36,858 nucleotides of DNA from a virus. This document shows, in pieces, positions 26,134 through 33,556 of this stretch; positions within the stretch are counted from its first letter, which is position 1, and each line of letters starts with the position of its first letter. A program made the position numbers and the translations under genes. The notes beneath the pieces were generated by a model. The model saw only the letters and a program-made list of their open reading frames with translations, was not told where the DNA came from and made no database searches. Where the stretch lies: the UHGV virus genome UHGV-1010924; one strand, 5' to 3'.

Positions 26134-26144
26134 TCCGATGTCGA

Positions 26145-26645
26145 CTAAAGGGTTGCTTTCAGCACCTGGGCAGAGCCTTCCGACGCATCATGCGTGATGT
26201 TCCCGGTGGTGCCGCATACGGAAAACATAATTGCTCTCGAATTCTCCAGGGCCTTGATGCTTTGCAATGGGACAGTGGAGCTGAATGTTTCCCTGCTGCG
26301 CCCATCGTCAAAGCTGTTTGAGTACTGCAGGTCAATGGTTACAACGTTCTTCCCGTCCTCGGATACGGCCGTAATCCTGTCCTGGCCGCCACATTGTAGG
26401 TACTTCCAGTAATTGGACTCGGTTGATATCTCAACCCGGTAGGCATACGGGGTCTGCTGGCCTTTGGGATAGAGCGCACTGACGCGGAACTCAAAAGAAT
26501 CGGCTGTCGGCTTACTGGATGACCAGGTAACCGACTTGGCGCCCGAGTATGCATTCCCGCTTCGTGTCAGACCACTCTCACCTTCGCCTGCGATGCAGAG
26601 CGCCGGGTAAACTACCAGACCAAAAATAATGTGGCGCCAAAGCAT
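26145..26645 (-). CDS. Secreted/periplasmic protein of unknown function (166 aa), a low-GC moron between cI and PL
   Basis: The N-terminus WRHIIFGLVVYPALCIAG looks like a signal peptide. GC is about 50%. RBS AAGGGGG 8 nt upstream. It starts 26 nt after the cI stop and has its own terminator. Confidence 0.7.
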   Translation of the reverse strand: MLWRHIIFGLVVYPALCIAGEGESGLTRSGNAYSGAKSVTWSSSKPTADSFEFRVSALYPKGQQTPYAYRVEISTESNYWKYLQCGGQDRITAVSEDGKNVVTIDLQYSNSFDDGRSRETFSSTVPLQSIKALENSRAIMFSVCGTTGNITHDASEGSAQVLKATL

Positions 26646-26671
26646 GCCGCTAACCCCCTTTAGTTGTAACG

Positions 26672-27328
26672 CTACAGCGCCGATCTAGGCCACTTTGCGT
26701 CAACCACACGCCCAACGACTGACCATGTGTCATCCACCTCTACGGTGGGAAATGCAGGGTTCAAAGGTTTTAGGTAGGCTCGGCCCGAGTCCCATATGAA
26801 CTGCTTGAACGTCGCTTCATTAGTGTCTATCAGCTTAGCTACGACATATTGACCATTCTCCACGTCGCCACCCGGCGCCACCAGGATCAGCATCCCCTCG
26901 CTGAAACTCATTCCATTCGTCGAGGTCATGGATGGACCTCTGACCTTTAGCCAGAAGCCGTTAGGCCCGGCCCAGGCGTCGGATGGGTGCATCGCTTCGA
27001 AGTCGCCTACGTTGAACAAATCCATTGCCTCCGCCGCCACCCCAGCCTGCACCCAACTAATTTCCGGGTATTCATAATATCGCGTTGGTCCCTGAGCTGA
27101 CTCAACGTTGGCATCAAAGGTGTCATCTCCAATTCCATACATAAGCCACTCAGGGGAAACCTTAAGTGCTCGTGCCAACTTGGCAATAGTCGGCATACGC
27201 GGGCTTTCGCTCTCGCCTGACAGTATCCGATTGATTGTTGGCTGAGGAACACCAGACCTTTTGCCGAGCTGCGTTTCATTCAGGCCAATGTCGGCCATTT
27301 TTGCGCGTATGCGCCCAGCGATATCCAT
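26672..27328 (-). CDS. cI: CI-type repressor: XRE HTH plus a LexA-like S24 autopeptidase domain
   Basis: The N-terminal HTH is QLGKRSGVPQPTINRILSG. The C-terminal S24 signature has GPSM with its Ser, and the Lys of VAKLID. 218 aa. Divergent from cro. Confidence 0.9.
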   Translation of the reverse strand: MDIAGRIRAKMADIGLNETQLGKRSGVPQPTINRILSGESESPRMPTIAKLARALKVSPEWLMYGIGDDTFDANVESAQGPTRYYEYPEISWVQAGVAAEAMDLFNVGDFEAMHPSDAWAGPNGFWLKVRGPSMTSTNGMSFSEGMLILVAPGGDVENGQYVVAKLIDTNEATFKQFIWDSGRAYLKPLNPAFPTVEVDDTWSVVGRVVDAKWPRSAL

Positions 27329-27427
27329 GACTCACCAAATATACGAATGCGGATTAATAGAATTCTATTGCATGAGCTAATGCATATTCGTATGATTAAT
27401 CATGCAAAACCTCATAGGATTCCAGTC
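27329..27427. promoter_or_regulatory. OR-like immunity region with operator palindromes and divergent promoters
   Basis: Perfect palindrome aatagaattctatt at 27356-27369. Perfect palindrome tgattaatca at 27393-27402. Inverted half-sites atacgaat (27341-27348) and attcgtat (27385-27392). Rightward promoter: -35 TTGCAT at 27368-27373, 17-nt spacer, -10 TATGAT at 27391-27396. Confidence 0.65.
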
Positions 27428-27631
27428 ATGACAGTTCAAGAGATGTTGAATCGCCTTTTCCAGCTCGGGCTGTCGCAGACAGAAGTAGCTGAACACTGCG
27501 GAACCACGCAGGCCACGATCTCCCGCGCAACCAGCGGCACGATGGTTGGCTACAGCACAGGCAAAGCTATCGAGCTTCTGCTGGCTGAGCGCGAAGAAGC
27601 CGCCAAGAACACTGCAACTCAAGCCGCCTAA
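27428..27631 (+). CDS. cro: Cro-like XRE-family HTH regulator (67 aa)
   Basis: ATG at 27428 (MTVQEM...). HTH LSQTEVAEHCGTTQATISRATSG. The longer ORF call from 27347 would run through the operators. Confidence 0.7.
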   Translation: MTVQEMLNRLFQLGLSQTEVAEHCGTTQATISRATSGTMVGYSTGKAIELLLAEREEAAKNTATQAA

Positions 27632-27661
27632 ATCACCTTGCCTGCTCAAAGGAGCCAAACG

Positions 27662-27850
27662 ATGCACTTCGACCCAAGCCATATGCACGACAAACCCACC
27701 AAGGTCCGCCTGGACGAGGTGGCCGACGATCTGCTCACAGCAATGGCGCGATTCCAGCGCACACAGAAAGCCGTCCTCGCCCGAGAAATCCTTGAGCGTG
27801 GCCTGAACCAAATGATGGAAGAGCTTAACGCGAAAACTGACGTGGCCTGA
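27662..27850 (+). CDS. Ribbon-helix-helix protein (62 aa)
   Basis: RBS AAAGGAG at 27649-27655. Pattern of a beta-strand (KVRLDE) followed by two helices. Confidence 0.5.
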   Translation: MHFDPSHMHDKPTKVRLDEVADDLLTAMARFQRTQKAVLAREILERGLNQMMEELNAKTDVA

Positions 27851-27868
27851 AGTGGCCCAGGAGGCCCT

Positions 27869-28057
27869 GTGCCTGAAAGAAAACCATTGGAAGTCTGGCT
27901 TGACGGGAAAGGCCAATCGCAACTGGAGCTGTTAGCCAAAGCGAAAGGCATCACGCCCGAACAGCTGACAACCAAGATCATGAACGAGGCGCTAGATCGA
28001 ATGACGCGCCCGCCAAGAAGCCGGAGCAACGTCGCTTCCATAGGACGCAAGGGCTGA
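27869..28057 (+). CDS. Ribbon-helix-helix protein (62 aa)
   Basis: GTG start after AGGAGG at 27859-27864. A strand (LEVWLD) followed by two helices; basic tail. Confidence 0.45.
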   Translation: MPERKPLEVWLDGKGQSQLELLAKAKGITPEQLTTKIMNEALDRMTRPPRSRSNVASIGRKG

Positions 28058-28126
28058 TAAGTCCCTGAGGGACTATTGAGGGTCTGCCAATGAAACAACG
28101 AAACGGTAAATCGGACGCACAAAAAA

Positions 28127-28153
28127 GCCGGGGTGCGATCCCGGCTTCTTGTG
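28127..28153 (+). terminator. Putative intrinsic terminator after the RHH genes (like tR1)
   Basis: Preceded by aaaaaa. Stem gccggg/cccggc with loop gtgcgat, followed by a weak T-tract ttcttgtg. Confidence 0.4.
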
Positions 28154-28184
28154 CAGCACTTACAACAAAGTTCTGGAGCGAATA

Positions 28185-28376
28185 ATGCCCAATCTCAATG
28201 AACGCGTCAACACCCCAGGGTTTTCGACCCATGGGATGAGCTTTCACCAGTCTGCAGCTATGCATGCCGCGCAGATGGTTCGCTACCAGTACACCAAAGA
28301 ATCAAAGAACCGGTTCCGCCGTGAGTGCCTTGAGCATTTGAAGGCATCCCTGCTGCACGTAGGGGGTTCGGCATGA
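28185..28376 (+). CDS. Hypothetical protein (63 aa)
   Basis: ATG at 28185 with GGAG 7 nt upstream. Its stop overlaps the start of the replication gene. Confidence 0.45.
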   Translation: MPNLNERVNTPGFSTHGMSFHQSAAMHAAQMVRYQYTKESKNRFRRECLEHLKASLLHVGGSA

Positions 28377-29185
28377 GCAACGTCATTCAACTTAAATCGG
28401 CCGGGGGCTTCACCCGGATGGAAAACACACTGTATGAGGCCCTAATCAGGGCCGAGCTGTCAGGACGTGAGCTTCGCGTGGCACTTGCCGTGCATCGCCT
28501 CACTGCTGGCTACAACAAGGACTCCGTGAAGGTAGCAGCTCTGTATATCGCCAAGATGATGTACGGCGAAGAAGGGGCTGATAGCGAGCGCGCAAACGTG
28601 TCCAGGGCGATCAATTCCTTGATCCGTCAGCGGGTACTTTTCCGTGATGGTGGCAGCCGTGATCCGATCACTTTTCTGCCGTCAAATGAGTGGAAAGTAG
28701 ACCCAAAAACTACTGTGTTGAAATCTACACACTGTGTGAAAAACATACATGCCACTGTGTTGGAAATTACACACATAAAAGAAAGAAATACAAATACTAC
28801 TCCTAACGGAGTAGTCGTCGACGCGGGGCGTCAACCTGAGCAAGAAGACCTGTTGGCAGAAAAGGTCGTTCGCTCGGCACCGGCAGTGGATGCATGCCCG
28901 TATCAGGAGATCGTAAATCTCTACCACATGGCGCTCCCTGAATTACCAGCTGTTGCCCTTTTGACTGCTGGACGCAAAAAGACCCTGCAAGCTCGGTGGC
29001 GCGAAAGTGAGGTTCACCGTGACCTCTCGTTCTGGGCTGACTACTTCGCCTCCGTGAAGGCTTCACGCTTCCTGACCGGCCGTGCCGAGGGCCGCAATGG
29101 CGACTCGCCGTTCCGCGCCTCGTTCGACTGGCTGATTGCACCTCGCAACTTCGTCAAGGTTGTGGAGGGCAATTACAATGCGTGA
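28373..29185 (+). CDS. Putative replication initiation protein (lambda O-like position)
   Basis: 270 aa. Immediately upstream of, and overlapping, the DnaB-type helicase. The N-terminus is winged-helix-like. The protein contains a lower-GC patch at about 28680-28800. Confidence 0.55.
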   Translation: MSNVIQLKSAGGFTRMENTLYEALIRAELSGRELRVALAVHRLTAGYNKDSVKVAALYIAKMMYGEEGADSERANVSRAINSLIRQRVLFRDGGSRDPITFLPSNEWKVDPKTTVLKSTHCVKNIHATVLEITHIKERNTNTTPNGVVVDAGRQPEQEDLLAEKVVRSAPAVDACPYQEIVNLYHMALPELPAVALLTAGRKKTLQARWRESEVHRDLSFWADYFASVKASRFLTGRAEGRNGDSPFRASFDWLIAPRNFVKVVEGNYNA

Positions 29186-30563
29186 ACCCTACAGCATAGA
29201 AGCCGAACACGGCTTGCTGGGTGCGATGATGCAGCGCCCCGAACTGATCGACACCCTGAGCGATGACCTGACGGCCGAGTCGTTCTACTTCCCTGAGAAC
29301 GCGGACGTGTATCGCGCAATCATGGCGCTTCGCTCCACGGGCCAGGCTGTGGACTTCCTGACGGTGGGCAACCACATCGGGGAACTGGGCTCAACCGGCA
29401 CCCCGGCGTTTGCCTACTGCGCCGAGATCGTGCGTAACACGCCGAGTGTTGCCAACTCCGGCACCTATGCGCAGATCGTGCGTGAGCGTGCCATCGACCG
29501 AGCGTTGTACGAACTCGGCAGCCAGGCCATGGATATATCCCAGGGAGATCAGGACACACAGTCGAAAATATCCGCCATTCAAGCCGCTGCGCTCGCAATT
29601 GACAGCGGCAGCAACACGGATGAGGTCGTGAAGGCCTCTGACGTGCTGATAGAGCAGGTTGAGGTATGGCAGGAAAGGCATGACCGCCATGCGACCGGCG
29701 AAACGCTCATGGGGCTTTCTACGGGCCTTAAAGAGCTTGACGAAAAACTGGGCGGTTTGCTGCCTGAGCAATTGATCATCGTTGCCGGACGTCCTGCCAT
29801 GGGCAAGACCACCCTGGCCATGGGGTTCGCTGCCCACAATGCGATTCACGCCAAAAAAGCGTGCCTTGTCGTCAGCCTGGAAATGAGCAAGGGCCAGTTG
29901 CTTGATCGTGTCATTGCATCCGAGGGTCGCATACCGCTCGCGCTACTCAAGAACGGCACGGCCTGCCAGACCCACGGGCCTGAGCAAATGGCCGCTGCCA
30001 GCTCAGTGCGCAATGCCAACCTCTTTTTCGCTGACCGATCGGGCGCAACCGTTGGGCGCATCCGTTCCCTGGCTCGCCGCCACAAAATGCGCTACGGCCT
30101 GGACCTGCTCGTCGTCGATTACCTGCAACTCATGGACGGCGAAGGGGGTAACCGTACCGAGCAAATCAGCAGCATCAGCCGTGGCTGCAAGCTGCTTGCC
30201 CGCGAGCTGCAAATCCCTGTCGTGTTGCTCAGCCAGCTTTCACGCAAGTGTGAAGAACGCCCAAATAAGCGGCCGATCCCCTCCGATCTTCGGGAATCTG
30301 GCGCGATTGAGCAGGACGCGGACGTAATCCTTTTCGTTTACCGCGACGAGGTTTACAACGAAAACTCCGACGCCAAAGGCATCGCGGAAATCATCGTCGG
30401 CAAGGGCCGTGACGTTGAGACCGGCACCGTCCGATCCGCCTTCCTGGGCCAGTACAACCGGTTCGAAAACCTCGCCGCCGGTTGGAAGCCAGAACCCACC
30501 GAAGCTGCACCCGCCAAGGTAACCCCACTGTCCAGCCGATACGGCAACAAGGAGCGTTTTTGA
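29178..30563 (+). CDS. dnaB: Replicative DNA helicase, DnaB family
   Basis: N-terminal domain EHGLLGAMM. Walker A GRPAMGKTTLAMG. Walker B LVVDYLQLM. LLSQLSR. Arg finger. Confidence 0.9.
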   Translation: MREPYSIEAEHGLLGAMMQRPELIDTLSDDLTAESFYFPENADVYRAIMALRSTGQAVDFLTVGNHIGELGSTGTPAFAYCAEIVRNTPSVANSGTYAQIVRERAIDRALYELGSQAMDISQGDQDTQSKISAIQAAALAIDSGSNTDEVVKASDVLIEQVEVWQERHDRHATGETLMGLSTGLKELDEKLGGLLPEQLIIVAGRPAMGKTTLAMGFAAHNAIHAKKACLVVSLEMSKGQLLDRVIASEGRIPLALLKNGTACQTHGPEQMAAASSVRNANLFFADRSGATVGRIRSLARRHKMRYGLDLLVVDYLQLMDGEGGNRTEQISSISRGCKLLARELQIPVVLLSQLSRKCEERPNKRPIPSDLRESGAIEQDADVILFVYRDEVYNENSDAKGIAEIIVGKGRDVETGTVRSAFLGQYNRFENLAAGWKPEPTEAAPAKVTPLSSRYGNKERF

Positions 30564-31027
30564 TGAGCGACTACAGCGAATTGGAGCGTCGCGCACAGGC
30601 GGCCATTGACGCCATCGGCACACTGTCTCGCGCCAGGCAGGAAAGGGAATTCAACGACGTATGCACCCCGCAGGTGGTCAAGGCCCTGATCGCCGAGAAC
30701 AAGCGACTGCAAAAACTCATTTCTTGGCAGGGAGAGGGGAATAACAAGCTTGAGGTGAACGCCGGTCCGCTGATGAAGCATATGGACGAGCGCGACCGTC
30801 TACGCGCCGAAGTCGCCGGCCTCAAGACCGGCTACGAAGCCTACGAGCGGGTGAATGCTGAGTTGAAGGCTGAGTGCGAGGCGTTGCGTAAGCTGACCGT
30901 TGAGCTTCGTGGCTCAGCTGAGTGCCACAACGTGCACCATTGTAAGGCCGAAGAGCATGAGCTGGGCGATCCCTGCAAGGTGCTTGCGCGCATCGACGCC
31001 GCCATGGGCAAGGGAGACCGGCCATGA
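30563..31027 (+). CDS. Hypothetical coiled-coil protein (154 aa) with a C-terminal Cys/His cluster
   Basis: ATG at 30563 overlapping the dnaB stop; RBS AAGGAG. Confidence 0.5.
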   Translation: MSDYSELERRAQAAIDAIGTLSRARQEREFNDVCTPQVVKALIAENKRLQKLISWQGEGNNKLEVNAGPLMKHMDERDRLRAEVAGLKTGYEAYERVNAELKAECEALRKLTVELRGSAECHNVHHCKAEEHELGDPCKVLARIDAAMGKGDRP

Positions 31028-31149
31028 GCACAAGGAAGCTCCATCCCTCCGACAAAGCCAATGCCCCATGGAGCCGGGAGTGTTTTTACTCCATGCCGAG
31101 CAGCGTGACTCTGAAAAAGAAAAAGGCGAATAAGAGGGCTCGGCCATGA
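31024..31149 (+). CDS. Small ORF (41 aa), ATGA-coupled to both neighbours
   Basis: Its ATG overlaps the upstream stop and its TGA overlaps the ninB ATG. The protein is basic. Not in the supplied track. Confidence 0.35.
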   Translation: MSTRKLHPSDKANAPWSRECFYSMPSSVTLKKKKANKRARP

Positions 31150-31616
31150 CCGACAAGATCAGCGTCAACAGCGCCACCAAGCTCTCAGAGGCCATCAACG
31201 CCCTGACAGCCATGTACCGGGAAAAGAAGTTCGTCGTCGTCTCCCTGCGCCCAGGCAAGGACCGCACCCTGGATCAGAACGCCCTGTGGTTCGCCCTGTA
31301 CCAGCGAATCGCCCAGATGACCCAGCTCGGTGACGTGGAGGACGCCCGCCGGTACTGCAAGCTGCACTTCGGCGTGCCGATCATGCGCGCCGCCAGTGAA
31401 GACTTCCGTCACGGCTACAACATGGCGCTGCTCAACCTGCCATATGAGACCAAGCTCAGCTGGATGGGACCGTGCGCACTGTTCGGCCCGGACGGCTTCC
31501 CGGTGACTCGCCTGTTCAATCGCGCCCAGGGCATCGCCTACACGGACCAGATCGTGGCCGAGTTCAGCGCCAAGGGTGTGGTGTTTACTGATCTGCTGGG
31601 CGAGGTGGCGGCGTGA
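31146..31616 (+). CDS. ninB: NinB/Orf-family recombination mediator
   Basis: RTLDQNALWFALYQRIA matches the lambda NinB motif RSLDQNRKLWACLGDVS. 156 aa. Confidence 0.85.
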   Translation: MTDKISVNSATKLSEAINALTAMYREKKFVVVSLRPGKDRTLDQNALWFALYQRIAQMTQLGDVEDARRYCKLHFGVPIMRAASEDFRHGYNMALLNLPYETKLSWMGPCALFGPDGFPVTRLFNRAQGIAYTDQIVAEFSAKGVVFTDLLGEVAA

Positions 31617-31798
31617 GCAAGACATCCCAGCGCAAGCGCCAGGCGTACGAAGAGGGTCACCGTGATGCTAAGAGCCGCAACGGGATCAGGTATTCGCGCC
31701 ATCCATTCATGGATGCGTACAGAGCCGGATATCGGGATGGTTTGGATGCTTCCAAGCCGAGAACCTTGCTTCAATGGTTCCGCGAGGTATTTGCATGA
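31613..31798 (+). CDS. Hypothetical basic small protein (61 aa)
   Basis: GTG start overlapping the ninB stop; its stop overlaps the ninG start. Confidence 0.4.
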   Translation: MSKTSQRKRQAYEEGHRDAKSRNGIRYSRHPFMDAYRAGYRDGLDASKPRTLLQWFREVFA

Positions 31799-32376
31799 GC
31801 CTCCAAGCCAAACAACCCCGCCCAAAGAAGTGCAAGAACCCAGCATGCGGCGAGAAGTTCGTCGCTCAACGCCTGGGCCAAGCCGTATGCAGCCCCAAGT
31901 GTGGCCTCGCCATCAAGGACGTAAACCAAGACAAAGCCCGCAAGGCCATCGCCGAGGTAGGCCGCAAGGAGCTGAGAGCGGCCAAGGAGCGCGTAAAGCC
32001 GAAGGGGCAGTACATGCGTGAGGCTCAGGCTGCGTTCAACGCTTGGATACGCGCCAGAGACGCCGCCCAGCCATGCATCAGTTGTGGTCGTCACCATGAT
32101 GGCCAATACCACGCCGGGCACTACCGCACAGTCGGCTCAAGCCCAGAGCTTCGCTTCGAGCCGCTCAACGCGCACAAGCAGTGTGCACCCTGCAACAACC
32201 ACAAGTCCGGCGACATCGTGAACTACCGCATAAGCCTGGTAGTGCGCATAGGGCAGGACAAGGTGGAATGGCTTGAAGGGCCGCATGAGCCGCAGCGCTA
32301 CACCATCGACGATCTCAAGGCCATCAAGGCCGAGTACCGCGAAAAGCTGAAACAACTCTTGGGGGAAGCAGCATGA
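31795..32376 (+). CDS. ninG: NinG/Rap-family protein
   Basis: Close pattern match to lambda NinG: KKCKNPACGEKF...CSPKCG, PCISCGRH...AGHYRT, LRFEPLNAHKQCAPCNNHKSGD, KAIKAEYREKLKQL. Confidence 0.9.
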   Translation: MSLQAKQPRPKKCKNPACGEKFVAQRLGQAVCSPKCGLAIKDVNQDKARKAIAEVGRKELRAAKERVKPKGQYMREAQAAFNAWIRARDAAQPCISCGRHHDGQYHAGHYRTVGSSPELRFEPLNAHKQCAPCNNHKSGDIVNYRISLVVRIGQDKVEWLEGPHEPQRYTIDDLKAIKAEYREKLKQLLGEAA

Positions 32377-32588
32377 TGACCATCGACGTGCGTACAGGCG
32401 TATATCCCGAGGGTTTGATCGTTACCGAAGTGATTGACGACATCGGGACTTATCGTGAACGCATCGTGCGCCAAGTGCTGAATACGAAGGAACAGCAGGT
32501 TCGTGAAGCGCTAATCAAGCTTGGTTGGACTCCGCCAGAAGGTGCGACAACCGACTCTGCCTCGCGCGCGCACGCGTTTGGAGGCTAA
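32373..32588 (+). CDS. Hypothetical protein (71 aa)
   Basis: ATGA overlap with ninG. Confidence 0.4.
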   Translation: MMTIDVRTGVYPEGLIVTEVIDDIGTYRERIVRQVLNTKEQQVREALIKLGWTPPEGATTDSASRAHAFGG

Positions 32589-32590
32589 CC

Positions 32591-32851
32591 ATGCTCGCCC
32601 ATGCGGAGGTGCGCGTTGACTGGTTCCAGGTCATCAACGGGATTCTGCGTGCTGGGTATTCGATCCAGTCGGCGGCGGAGGTGATCAAGGTTCCGCGTTC
32701 AACGTTGATCGGATGGAAGCAGGGTGCAGAGCCTCGGTATACGGAGGGTGAGCGCCTTGTGTCGTTCTGGGTCCAGGCTACGGGCCGGGACCGTAAATCA
32801 TTGCCCATGGTCGCGGTAGGGGACTGGTGGGCTTATCACTCGAAAGCATGA
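32591..32851 (+). CDS. Small HTH protein (86 aa); candidate late-gene regulator at the lambda Q position
   Basis: ATG at 32591 with RBS GGAGG. HTH-like YSIQSAAEVIKVPRSTLIGW. It is the last regulatory-looking gene before the late element, terminator and lysis cassette. Confidence 0.45.
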   Translation: MLAHAEVRVDWFQVINGILRAGYSIQSAAEVIKVPRSTLIGWKQGAEPRYTEGERLVSFWVQATGRDRKSLPMVAVGDWWAYHSKA

Positions 32852-32861
32852 GGGAATACCG

Positions 32862-33185
32862 ATGAAACACGAAGACGAACAACGCGTAATTGACCTGGCC
32901 GATGCTGCAGGTCGGGCTATGAGCAATGGCTTGCTTGGCCTGTCCGCCAAGCTGGCTGCCGAGGCTGAGAATTTGTTGCTGCAAGGCAGTGGCCAATCGT
33001 TCCTGGCCTATGGCGAACGTCGCGGGTTGAATATGGATCTGTTGCTCCCGCCCGGCCGCACCGTAAATGGCGAGCACCGACGCTATGAAAGCGAGAAAAC
33101 CCAAGAACTATTCGATTGCTGGCTTGCTGCTCGCGGGCAGAAGGTGTGGACTCCGCCAACTGATGGCGCAACGCCAGTCAAATAG
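32862..33185 (+). CDS. Hypothetical protein (107 aa)
   Basis: RBS GAGGG. Its stop TAG lies inside late element copy 4. Confidence 0.45.
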   Translation: MKHEDEQRVIDLADAAGRAMSNGLLGLSAKLAAEAENLLLQGSGQSFLAYGERRGLNMDLLLPPGRTVNGEHRRYESEKTQELFDCWLAARGQKVWTPPTDGATPVK

Positions 33186-33199
33186 TCGGGATTCCGACA
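33180..33199 (+). promoter_or_regulatory. Conserved late-region element, copy 4 (variant loop), directly upstream of a strong terminator and the lysis genes
   Basis: aaatagtcgggattccgaca. It overlaps the stop of the 32862-33185 gene. The terminator begins 31 nt downstream. Confidence 0.6.
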
Positions 33200-33230
33200 C
33201 CTGACAAGAACGACTCTTAGCGTCATCGCA

Positions 33231-33260
33231 GCCCAGCCACCTCGCGCTGGGCTTTTTTTT
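33231..33260 (+). terminator. Strong rho-independent terminator between late element copy 4 and the holin gene (like tR')
   Basis: Stem gcccagc/gctgggc, loop cacctcgc, followed by a run of eight T. Confidence 0.8.
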
Positions 33261-33277
33261 GACTCTGGAGGCCAACC

Positions 33278-33556
33278 ATGACGGCACCAGACAGGAGTAG
33301 CAGCATGGCCAACCCAGCACCCGAAAGCATCGTAGAGGTCGTTGGCGCGTCAGTCGCCAGCAAGGGGATGCTTACGGGCGGCGCCGTGGGGTTGGTTGGG
33401 TTCTTCTCGCAAGTGAACTGGATAGGCGTGTCGGGCGTTGTGATCGCGGTACTGGGCCTGCTGACAAACCTGTACTTTCAGGTGCGCAAGGATCGACGCG
33501 AGTCCATCGAAAGCGCCGCGCGCATTGAGTCGTTGAAAGAGCGTGCACGTTCATGA
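33278..33556 (+). CDS. Pinholin (phage 21 S-like class II holin)
   Basis: TMD1 MLTGGAVGLVGFF is weakly hydrophobic. TMD2 IGVSGVVIAVLGLLTNLYFQVRKDRR matches the phage 21 S pattern LGFLTYLTNLYFKIREDRR. Two Met codons lie near the N-terminus. Confidence 0.75.
   Translation: MTAPDRSSSMANPAPESIVEVVGASVASKGMLTGGAVGLVGFFSQVNWIGVSGVVIAVLGLLTNLYFQVRKDRRESIESAARIESLKERARS

Noticed and set aside
27347-27631. A longer Cro ORF starting at 27347
   Set aside because: The extension would be translated across the operator palindromes and promoter hexamers and has no RBS. The ATG at 27428 gives a normal 67-aa Cro-size HTH protein.
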